64,000 bases of DNA from Chloropicon primus (Eukaryota): positions 62,001-126,000 of the forward strand of contig CP060769.1 in NCBI GenBank assembly GCA_023205875.1, written 5' to 3'. Positions 1 through 9,127 of the stretch are shown in pieces; position 1 is the stretch's first letter, and each line of letters begins with the position of its first letter. The notes under the pieces are model-generated. The model made no database searches and was not told the origin of the DNA. It was given only the letters and a program-made list of their open reading frames with translations. Made by a program: the position numbers and the translations under genes.

Positions 1-66
1 TCGATCATTTTTCGATTTGATAGTTGTATTATGAGACCTACGCGCTACCGACTGCGCCACGAAGAC
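1..66 (-). tRNA. tRNA-Met(CAT) elongator, 5' exon plus part of the intron; runs off the window edge
   Basis: Bases 1-120 are identical to 8913-9032, which contain the 5' exon and most of the intron of the complete tRNA-Met at 8871-8978. Confidence 0.8.
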
Positions 67-120
67 GTTTTCCTTGTTGTTTCAAGGGTGTGCACGAGTA
101 GGAAATGACATTTTGGACAA
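1..120. repeat. Direct repeat of at least 120 bp, copy of 8913-9032 (tRNA-Met 5' part plus 54 bp of upstream flank)
   Basis: Exact match at offset 8912; the copies diverge after ...ttttggacaa. Confidence 0.97.
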
Positions 121-384
121 CTTTGCGGAGACCTTGAAGGCAGACCTGGAGGAGACAAAGAGAGCCAAGGCCAATGAGGCTTCCGCCAAGTGCAACAGAA
201 ACGGAGGCGCGCCGCTTGTGGTGCGAGGGATGCTGAAGCTCGTCCGCGTCGCCGTCGCTGGCGTCCTACCGTTGTTTCTGGCAAAAGAAGCGTTTCGAGT
301 GAGCCAAAACTCGGGTTCGTAGCACTTTGTTCTACTAGGTGACGAGGCCGACGCGCAACGCGTTGTGTCTGAGTGGCTCACTTG

Positions 385-750
385 AGTAGCTCTAGCTCTT
401 GATCATCCTCATCCTTTTTCTTGGCAATCCCTCGTCTTGTTTGCTCCCTCCGTATCAATCTGCTGCTGCCAACGAAGAACCTGAACTGCTCCAGTGGGAG
501 AGGCAACAAGACCTGGAAGAAGGAAGCCGCGGAGATGTGCCCGAGCTGCCAGCTTCGACCCGTGCTTGGTCTACCTCGAGCCAGAATCACCCGTTCTGGC
601 CTGCTTCTGTGCTGGTCATAGCATAGTAGCTCTAGCTCTTGATCATCCTCATCCTTTTTCTTGGCAATCCCTCGTCTTGTTTGCTCCCTCCCTCTGCCCT
701 GTCCCCTCAGCAAGACGGGGACCGGCAATCCCTCGTCTTGTTTGCTCCCT
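385..750. repeat. 67-bp direct repeat (385-451, 625-691) with a partial third copy (~724-750)
   Basis: agtagctctagctcttgatcatcctc...tttgctccctcc recurs with 240-bp spacing. Confidence 0.9.
450..564. repeat. 115-bp segment with an inverted copy at 2582-2696
   Basis: ccgtatcaatc...gacccgtg is the reverse complement of cacgggtc...gatacgg. Confidence 0.95.
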
Positions 751-881
751 CGCCTCGCCTTGCCTCGCCTCGCCTTTGCCTCCCAAGTCCAGTTTTTCCC
801 TGCTGAAAGCCGTTTCGTTCTCCCCCCTTCCAATCAAAATCCAATTCATGATGAACAATTCATGAGCTGGGCGAAGACTTT

Positions 882-1262
882 GTGCATGAGATGCGATCGA
901 TGCTGGCCAAGGAGGAGGAAGACTTTTACTCGAGCTGCGTGGCCTGCGTGGACCAGGCCCTCGCCCTCTACGAGTCGAGGGAGTGGGACCATTCGAGAAC
1001 GGATGCTTTCCTGAGGACGATCGAGAGGGGCGTGAGGAGGAGGACGACGGAGCTCGCTGTCGCAGCGCAAGTGAAGGAGGTCTCGGTGGAGGCGGAGGCG
1101 GACAATGCCCTGTGGTTCCCGAAGAAGGGCGATAGGGTCAAGCTGAAGAGGCTTGGCGGGACGAAGGCCACCGTCGTCGGCTTCAACAAGACGAATCAGA
1201 CGGTCACCGTCCGGAAGGGAACGATAACAATGACGTGCACGCTGGGTGATCTCAGCAGATGA
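882..1262 (+). pseudogene. C-terminal fragment resembling the MutS2 KOW/SH3-like region
   Basis: WFPKKGDRVKLKRLGGTKATVV...VTVRKGTITM resembles the MutS2 KOW motif. Host-like codon usage, but no ATPase region upstream. Confidence 0.45.
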
Positions 1263-1307
1263 AGAAGCCGGTGCGATGATGGATGTTGGATGATGGATCC
1301 TCTCTCT

Positions 1308-1548
1308 CTCCCCTCCCTCCTCTGTCTGATCAAAAGAAGCCTGATCATCTGTCTCTCTACTAAAGGGTAACTGAAGCAAAAGAAGCCAAATCATCATCCA
1401 AGCAAAGTAACCGATGCATCTCCTCCCTCCTCTCCCTCCTCTGTCTGATCCAAAGAAGCCTGATCATCATCCAAGCAAAGTAACCGATGCATCTCCTCCC
1501 TCCTCTCCCTCCTCTCCCTCTGTCTGATCCAAAGAAGCCTGATCATCT
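1308..1548. repeat. Nested short tandem duplications
   Basis: ctctgtctgatc(c/a)aaagaagcctgatcatc occurs three times and catccaagcaaagtaaccgatgcatctcctcc twice. Confidence 0.85.
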
Positions 1549-1708
1549 TAAGAGAGAGAGAGAGAGAAGGAGGGAGAAGGGAGGACGAGGACGAGGACGA
1601 GGGTGGCGGAGGGTTCGACAAAAGGAAGCGTCTCATTACGAGCTTTCCGTGGACCACTCGATTGAAGGATTTGGTGTCCTGTGGAGGATTGGAACCCACG
1701 GGAGATGA

Positions 1709-2076
1709 TTGGAGGAAGTGGAAGATGAAGAAGACGCAGTGGTGAGGATGTCGCTGGCTGCTGAGGAGATCTTGGAGCTGAGCGAGCAAGTGTTGCGAAG
1801 CTCGAACAAGGTGAAAGGAATCGAAGCGGAGATGGTCACAGCCATTGCTCTCATCGAAAGCAGTGGAAACGTCAAGGCTTATCGGTACGAGGAGCACCTA
1901 GGAGAAGCTTCTTCTGGATTAACCCAACTGCTGCAAAGTACGGCGAAGGTAAATGCGATTCTTTCGCTCTTTGATCTCGACGTCATGCGCATCTCCTCTC
2001 TCCTCTCTCTCTCTCTCTTTCTCTCTTCTGCCTCTTTTTCTCACACACACACACTTCTGCCTGACCCTCTGCCTGA

Positions 2077-2110
<34 letters not shown>

Positions 2111-2581
2111 GATGCATGGACACTTGTCTTGTCTTCTCCTTGCCGCTTGCTGCTTGATGGCTTGGGTCGCACGCACGCGTAACGCACGGCGGACTGGACA
2201 AATGGCTCCTCTCCTTCCCTTTTTGGTTTTACTTCCTCCACTTCTCTTGCTCAGTGGCTAGCCGAGGACCTTTCCTATGATGAGTACGAGTTGGACCTCT
2301 ACCAGCCTGCATCATCCCTGTACTTCTGTGCCGCTTATCTTTGCTGGCTCAAAACATACAAGAGCGTTACCCGGTCGGATGAGTTCGTCGTTCGCGGGTA
2401 TAACGGTAAGCTTTGCCCTTGTGCATCTTCTTGCAGATGGATCTGGATGGAGCTCTCATTGCTTCCATTGATTTAGGACACCTCCTCACCCATCACTGCG
2501 ACCTCATGCCTCTTCCTCTCTTCCTTTGGAGCAGGTGGACCCAACGGCGTGAACCTTGAGGCAACGGTGCCGTACTCATGA
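1709..2581 (+). pseudogene. SLT/lysozyme-like transglycosylase gene with introns 1949-2254 and 2406-2534; appears truncated
   Basis: Spliced frame reads AIALIESSG...GLTQLLQSTAK/WLAEDL...FCAAYLCWL...RGYN/GGPNG with GT-AG introns. It stops at PYS* exactly where the inverted 115-bp copy begins. Confidence 0.7.
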
Positions 2582-3157
2582 CACGGGTCGAAGCTGGCAG
2601 CTCGGGCACATCTCCGCGGCTTCCTTCTTCCAGGTCTTGTTGCCTCTCCCACTGGAGCAGTTCAGGTTCTTCGTTGGCAGCAGCAGATTGATACGGCCCG
2701 AGCTCACGATCACGAAGTGAATCAAGTGTTGATGATGGTCCGGGGCGCTGAGGCTGGTCAAGAGTTTGGTGGACCCATGGGGTGGCAGCTCCGAGTTGTG
2801 TTGGCTCTCGTGAAGGCGCTGCAACTTTCTCCTCGCGGCGGACTATGCGTGAGTGAGGTCATGATACGTCCCGATTGATTGAGACGCCGCCACAGATGTG
2901 GAATTGGACTTTGGACAACCCGTTTGTTTCTGCGTGAGACGCTGAGACTGAGACGCCCGTTCGGTGTGTGTGTGTGTGTGTGTGTGTGTTTGAGACCGCG
3001 TCTGTGGAAGGATGAGTCCATGAGTCCATGAAAAGGAAAAAGGCAAGCGTGTGCCGTCTCCTCCTCATACTCCTCATACTCCTCATACTCCTTTGTGTCC
3101 AATCGGGAAGCCCTCGCCGTCATCACACGTCCATCGAGGGAAGGATTCTCGTCTCCA

Positions 3158-3253
3158 TCAGGGTACGATCAGGTAGGCCTTCACGAGGACTCGAGGGACG
3201 CATGCAGCATCGTGACACCCTTTGGACGGTACCGACCCTTGATCCTTCCTCAA
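3158..3253 (+). mobile_element. Ty3/Gypsy-type reverse transcriptase fragment
   Basis: SGYDQVGLHEDSRDACSIVTPFGRYRPLILPQ fits the GYxQIxLxxxxxxxTAFxTPxGxYxxxxMPxG RT motif. Confidence 0.65.
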
Positions 3254-3439
3254 GAGACAGTCCAGCAATATTCTCGATCATCCTCGATCAGAGTACCACC
3301 AAAGGCACGTTAATGAATTGTCTTTCTTGTTGTTTTTCTTGTTGTGTTGTGTCCTGTTTTGTGATGTGCCCTTCTCTCTGGCCTCTCTGGCCTCTCTGGC
3401 CTCTCTCTCTCCCTTGAGATGACCACCCCTTTGGCGGCC

Positions 3440-3857
3440 AGCAGGGCTTCAAAATGTAACGGACGCCGAGTGATCAGGAAGAAGACGGCTCGCATGCTTT
3501 TGACGTTGAGGCACTATGCGCTCAGAACGTACTTGGCTTCCAAGGTGCTCTTGTGCGGCAAGGAGCTGGCGATCGTGACGGAGGAGTACACCTCCAAGAC
3601 CTGTGGCAGGTGCGGACACATCAAGGAGAACCTGGGTGGAGCAAAGGTTTGCAAGTGCCAGGAGTGTGGCTTCAAGTGCGATCGGGATGCGAACGGGGCA
3701 CGCAACATCCTTCTCAAGCACTTGTGTGAACCACAAGAAGTGCAACTCCTCAGGGTTGCACACGCGTTTGTTAGTACGAGCTGCCCTTGCTTGCTAAGGG
3801 TGGAATGGTCCTTTCGAGAAACTCAAACTGAAACGACCTTTGCACAAAACTAACGGG
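3440..3857 (+). mobile_element. Fanzor/TnpB (Fanzor2/IS607-like) 3' relic: zinc ribbon plus RuvC-III, followed by a putative omega-RNA
   Basis: KKTARMLLTLRHY...IVTEEYTSKTCGRCG...CQECG..DRDANGARNI. The RuvC-I and RuvC-II regions are absent. Confidence 0.85.
3721..3857 (+). ncRNA. Putative Fanzor omega-RNA scaffold
   Basis: Consecutive stems cttgtg/cacaag, gtgcaac/gttgcac, ccctt/aaggg and ggtc.tttc/gaaa.gacc lie directly 3' of the RuvC-III coding region. Confidence 0.5.
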
Positions 3858-4650
3858 TAGAGATCCGGCCGTGGGAGGAGGACATAGACCGCAGCAAATT
3901 GCCTGCGAGCTGAACCATACCAGCCATACCAGCTGCTGCTTCACTATGCCCCATATTGCTCTCCACTCCAGACATGTGGACAGGGAAGTCCCGTTTGGTG
4001 GCCTCGGAGAGTAACACAGCAGATGCCGCACCGACCTCAATGGGGCCACCAAGAGGAGTACCTGTACCGTGCATCTGCAAGACCTGTGCACTCCAGGCAT
4101 CAAGGTCTGCCGAGTGCAAGCTCATACGCATCACTTGCTGTTGAGAGGGTCCGTGCGGTGCGGTCAAAGCACTGGATCGCCCATCTTGGTTCACAGCAGT
4201 GCCACGTAGCATCACCGTATCTTGTTTGGAACCATCTTCAAGAGGACCGAGAACGCAAGCGATGCATATTGTGTATATAGTCCCTTCGAGACGTCGCCAA
4301 GAACAAGGCTCATGTAGGACATGTGTGCTGCGACAAGAGAGGATGAACAAGCCGTATCAACAGCTGCACAAGCTCCTTGCAAACCATATGTGAAGGACAG
4401 TCGCCCTGCAGAAACACCCAAAGAACCTGACGTAACCGCATGAGCCTCAGACTTATGGCCATAACCAGCATAGATATTGCTGTATTCAACATGCTGAGTG
4501 AGTGTACATGCCCACCATCACACCCATCCTCTGTTTCTGATGCATCCAACTCGAGGAAGAATCGGATTCCATGCTGTGCAGAGCTTCATACGATACCTCG
4601 AGAAGAAGACGTTGGTGAGGATCCATCCAACACGCCTCAGAGCGAGATGC
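3858..4650 (-). pseudogene. Type I polyketide synthase ketosynthase-domain fragment, frameshifted and internally deleted
   Basis: MDPHQRLLLE, VDTACSSSL, NQDGRSSALTAPHGPSQ, HGTGT and GHSEAAAG motifs occur in order but in different frames. Confidence 0.9.
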
Positions 4651-5503
4651 CTTGCTCTCGAGCCTCCGTCTTCACCTTTGGCTTGGGGAACGGTGCATCC
4701 GCCGCACACCTTGCACCTATGAGTTTGTCACGGACATGAACTGCGAGTATGGCAAGGCTGGTGGCATGGTATCGCAGCAGGAGTGCAGGGATGGGTGCGA
4801 CGGCCTCACGCGAATCGGATCTTTGTTCACACGCCCGGAATATCGACGGACGAGAGCTTAATCTAATCTGAAAAACGAGACTATCGTACAATCGAAGGAC
4901 CCATAATTCCCCTCCCTGGAAAAGAAACGTCTTTCGTAGTCCCAGCAGATCGAGAGAGAGAGAGGCCACACCCAGCTCAGCAAGACTTTATCACATGCTG
5001 CGTGCCAAGGTCGCGCCTTGCCTCTCCACCGGCGTGAAGGTGTGACCCCTCTCCCTCTCCCCCTCTCCCCCTCTCCCCCTCCCGCCCTTCCCGCCCGATC
5101 GTCCGTTGTTCGCAACGCCACCCCACAAGTCACAAGCCTGTTCCTGTTCCTGTTGGTCTTCGTTCTCCCTCCACCTGGGCTCCTCGATCGATCGATCGAT
5201 GCCAGGTGCCACCTCTTCTTGCTGCTGCTGCTGCTGCTGGAATTGCGAGATGCGTCCAGCGGAGACACTCTGCAAGTCCCTCACTGAATCTTGTCTCTCC
5301 CCGAGTTTCGTTTGTTGATGCGAAGTTCCATGATCGTGGAAGGAAGGTCACCTGAACGACGTTTTTAGGATGGAACGAACGAACGAACGAACGATGTGCC
5401 GGCGGTCAACGGAGACATACATAGTGTGGTGGAGGAGGATAGAATATTTCAGCTTTAGGATTGCTTTTTGGGGATTAGGATTAGGATAGTCTTTAGGATC
5501 GGC

Positions 5504-8458
5504 TTAGGAGTCCTGTAGCATCATGTTGACGAGCATTGGATGCGGGGTCACTACCTCTTTGGCCTTTCTGTTCTCGGACTTCTGCCGGCCGGAGCCAACG
5601 TTCACGCCGCCTCCTTCTGCGTTCTCCTTGTACCCCTTGCCGATTTTGCCATGTTCATAGCTGCAGGACAAGCACCTCAAGCCCTTTGAACCGTTGGTTG
5701 GGATCAAGGGGATCGAGGGGATCTTCTCGATCAAGGCTTCCTCGGACTCAGGTTTCTTTGTACACGGAACACAAAACCAGAAGCCAATCGTGTTCTTCAG
5801 TTGTGTCATGCCAATTTCCTTGCTCATGTCCCAAAGCTCCTTCTTGTCGACAGACTCCGTCGCTTTCAAGAAGCATCCGAACGAGCACCAGTGGTTAAAC
5901 TCACTTTTGAAGATGAAGCGGTGGCAGTACCAGCACCAGTTCGAGAGGAGGCAAGTGGGATTGTGCCCACCTCGATCACGTTCCTCCCCAGGAACCGGGG
6001 TCAGAGCTCCTGTTTTGACCAAGGGGCACTCAGGGCGACGAAAAGCATCACAGCAGATGCAGCGCAGGGTTTGAGTACCGTCTGTAGTAGGAAGTCGAGG
6101 AAACTCCTTCATCGGCTTCCTTGCTTTGGCCTTCCTCTTCCCTTTCGTGTTGGTCTTGGCCTGTGTCTTCCTTGTCGTACCAGTGCTCAAGGGGCTGCTG
6201 CTGCAACGTTCACAGGGACATGCAGCGGCATCAAATTTCCGAAGCTCTCTCTCCCTCTCCCCGCCGTCCTCGGCGTCGCTGTCCACCAGAATGCAAGGAC
6301 GCTTCCTCTTGCACATGTCACAACCACAAATGCATCGAGTATGTGCTGGAGCGGTGTTCGCGGTGCCTGTTGTCCTGGACGACTTGCGAGAGCATTTATC
6401 AGCGCAGGAGCATTCGAAGAAATCTTTTGAGTCACAGAGATCGCGGTTTCTGGGAAACATTCATTCTCAAACACGACATCGACATGTTCTCCCTTTAGTG
6501 CATCCGCAAAGTACTCAAAGACTCTGCTCAATGCGTCTTCATCCAAGCCGTGTCCATCACGGTTTTCAAACAACTCGTCCCTCACGGAGTGAACGTGGCA
6601 GTATTGCCTGTAGGTCTCCAGGAACTCCATGTGCTCCTCGCGAAGAATGATGTCGTAGTTCGCTTCCGTGATGGAACAAGCAGCGACGAGCACACGAACT
6701 GTGGGTTGGTTCTTCCATGCGCGGACGAGATCACTCGCCCGTTGCTCCACAAAGCGCTTTCCAAGAAGATACTCCTCATCTCCAGCGAGAACCTGGGCTA
6801 CGGCCTCTTGAACGTGTCTCTCCTCGGTGACGACGGCATCCACTTCTGTCAAGCACGCAACCGTTGCTATGTTCGCCTTACAGCACCTTTCCAAGAGCGT
6901 CCCGAGCGTCGCAAGCTCCCTTGTAAGCCGATCTGCACGGGTGCAGAGTAGAACGCCCCCTGCGTATTTGCCCTCGTCGCAGACCTTCTTCACCCATTCT
7001 TGGACGGCAGCCTCCTCCGAGGTCGAGCCTCCACACTTCTCTGCAAAGGTCCCAATTGTGATTTCAATCACCGGCAGCTTCCCGCTTAGCGCAACATCCT
7101 TCTGAAGGTTGTCGCGCACCTTGAGGAGGACGTGGAGGAGTAGGCACCGTTGGACATATATCGAAGTAGACTTGGCGACGTCAGTTCCAGGCGACGTACG
7201 GGCAATACCTACGAGGAGAAGGGGTTTCCCGTGCTTCTGCTCCCCGGCTTCTCCAGATTCTCCAGCTTGTGCCTCAGGACGTGCTCGACGTGTTCGACGA
7301 GGAGACAAAGTTCCTCAGAAGTGTGTTGGCCCGATGCTACAGAACAACGGGTGGCGCCGGACTTGAGCATGCAGTGCGACGCCGAGTACACGGCGTGCCC
7401 GTCCGAGGTGCTTGCAGCCTTGCTCATGTACTTTTGAGCTCCTCTTTCTTTTCCTCCCCAATCAAAGCTGCTGCATGGGACGTCGGGATACACGCCAGTA
7501 TAGAGGCCTGCCCTGCGCGCTCAGCAAGGTAGTCGAGGTCCTCGTCAGCTTGTGACCGTCTCGACAATCGCGACAAGGCAGCTACAAGAAGCGCGCAAGG
7601 CTCGCCCTTCTCCTTCGCAAGGGCAAGAGCTTTCGTAAGAACTTTGCGGTCCTTGAGGCATCGCGAGCGGCTGGCGGTCCCAAGCTCCACGAAACGAAAT
7701 GCTTTCACCTGTTTAGGAAGATCTTTGCCGAGCAACGCGCTTGAGATCGTGGCCGCCTGACCAGCGAGCTTGTTCCCAAGCCCCTCCTGCGCAAGGGACT
7801 CGCGGAGGAAGACGATGCAGTGGGTCAGTTCTTTCAAGCCCTCAACGCGCTCCAGGTGGACTCCGCCACGGCCTCGGACCACGCGGACCAGGGTCAGCTC
7901 CTCAGGCTCGCGAGTTCGCTCCGCCCGTGTACCCTCGCGTGCAAGGGTGGGCCGCGCGCCAGCTGATTCGTCGTCTGCGAAGCGAAGAGAGGCAATAAGT
8001 CCATCCGCATTGAGAAGCGTCGTCGGATCCACGTTCTCCTCGAAGGCGGCCATCTCCCGCTCCCTATGAGGTCCCGCGGAGATCGCCAGGGCCACTGTGC
8101 AAGCGTTGGTGTCCAGGCTTGTTCCGAGTGCCACCGCGCCGCACGGCTGCCCGCTGCCCTGCAAGTGGGTGAAGACAGAGACATTGGCACCACAATCCTT
8201 GGGCGCCACCCGCCATCCTTGGGCGCCACCCCCTGGAGAACCGCGGCCGGGGTGGCGCCACCAGCCCCTTCTTCACATGACGTCCCAGTATTCGTCAGTC
8301 TCCTCTTCTTCGTCGGCAACCAGCGGCCGAAGTATTCCAGGAGGTAACTCATCGCTTTCTCTCTGGTCGTGGTCTTCTCGTCCCCACTCGTCGGCCGCCT
8401 CGTTCGCGGCTCTGGCGTTACGGCGGCTCTCTTTCTCTCTCCAGCTCCGCCAGGTCAC
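5504..8458 (-). CDS. Long interrupted ORF: two serine recombinase catalytic domains plus a Cys-rich (multi-zinc-finger-like) C-terminus
   Basis: Domain 1 is IVFLRES..Q..FVELGTAS..DRKVL..LLVAALSRLSR (~7820-7490). Domain 2 is VGIARTS..SIYVQ..VLLCTRADRLTR (~7220-6855). The frames join by -1 shifts at homopolymers near 7433, 7244 and 6454. Confidence 0.7.
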
Positions 8459-8687
8459 ACACCTCGTCGGCCGCCTCGTTCGCGGCTCTGGCGTTACGGC
8501 GGCTCTCTTTCTCTCTCCAGCTCCGCCAGGTCACACACCTCCTCGCCGTCCTCCTCGCCGTCCTCCTCGCCGTCCTCCTCCGCCGTTACGATCTCGTTGT
8601 GATCCTTGTATAACTAACGTCAGTCGCCGTCGTCGTCCTCGCCGTCCTCCGCCGTTACGATCTCGTTGTGACCCTTGTATAACTAAC
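8387..8687. repeat. 76-bp tandem duplication, 12-bp repeats and a 38-bp direct repeat (8581-8618, 8650-8687)
   Basis: Read directly from the sequence. Confidence 0.9.
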
Positions 8688-8870
8688 TTCTCTCACAGAA
8701 CCCTTGTCTCACGGAGCAAGAGGTAAGGCGGCTGTTGTTTCGCCGCGGTGTTGTTTCGACACCGGATGTGATCCCCGTACTAGAGGTCGGAAGTGTATCA
8801 CGGGTCGGAGTTTCCCGTGTCATTTTGAACCATGGTTGGAGAGCAACTTGTGTTCGTTGCTGCCGAGATG

Positions 8871-8978
8871 TGCCTTCGGCGGGGATCGAACCCGCGACCT
8901 TAGGATGACCCTTCGATCATTTTTCGATTTGATAGTTGTATTATGAGACCTACGCGCTACCGACTGCGCCACGAAGAC
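8871..8978 (-). tRNA. tRNA-Met(CAT) elongator with a 35-nt intron (8907-8941)
   Basis: Acceptor stem GTCTTCG/CGAAGGC+A, D-arm TGGCGCAGTCGGTAGCGC, anticodon loop CTCATA|A with the intron at 37/38, T-loop GTTCGATC, and the U31:U39 pair typical of elongator Met. Confidence 0.95.
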
Positions 8979-9127
8979 GTTTTCCTTGTTGTTTCAAGGG
9001 TGTGCACGAGTAGGAAATGACATTTTGGACAATTTATCCGACTTGTCTCGTCGGAGATCGACCGCGAAGCTCGCAGACGCCGCGCTGGCGGCTCGGCAAA
9101 GGTAAGGTCGGTCGAAGCGCGCTCACG

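Larger units (their letters stand above)
5393..8874 (-). mobile_element. Candidate tRNA-Met-3'-integrated element encoding a double serine-recombinase protein
   Basis: Contains a resolvase-motif ORF, abuts the tRNA 3' end, carries GATGTGCC at both 5393-5400 and 8867-8874, and has repeat-rich ends. Confidence 0.5.

Noticed and set aside
3419..8458. Fanzor plus serine recombinase as one intact IS607 element
   Set aside because: They are convergently oriented and separated by PKS and host fragments, the Fanzor lacks its N-terminal part, and the recombinase lacks the IS607 N-terminal HTH architecture.
8700..8870. Plant-type dicistronic tRNA-Met-snoRNA
   Set aside because: No RTGATGA/CTGA box pair was found downstream of the tRNA on its strand.
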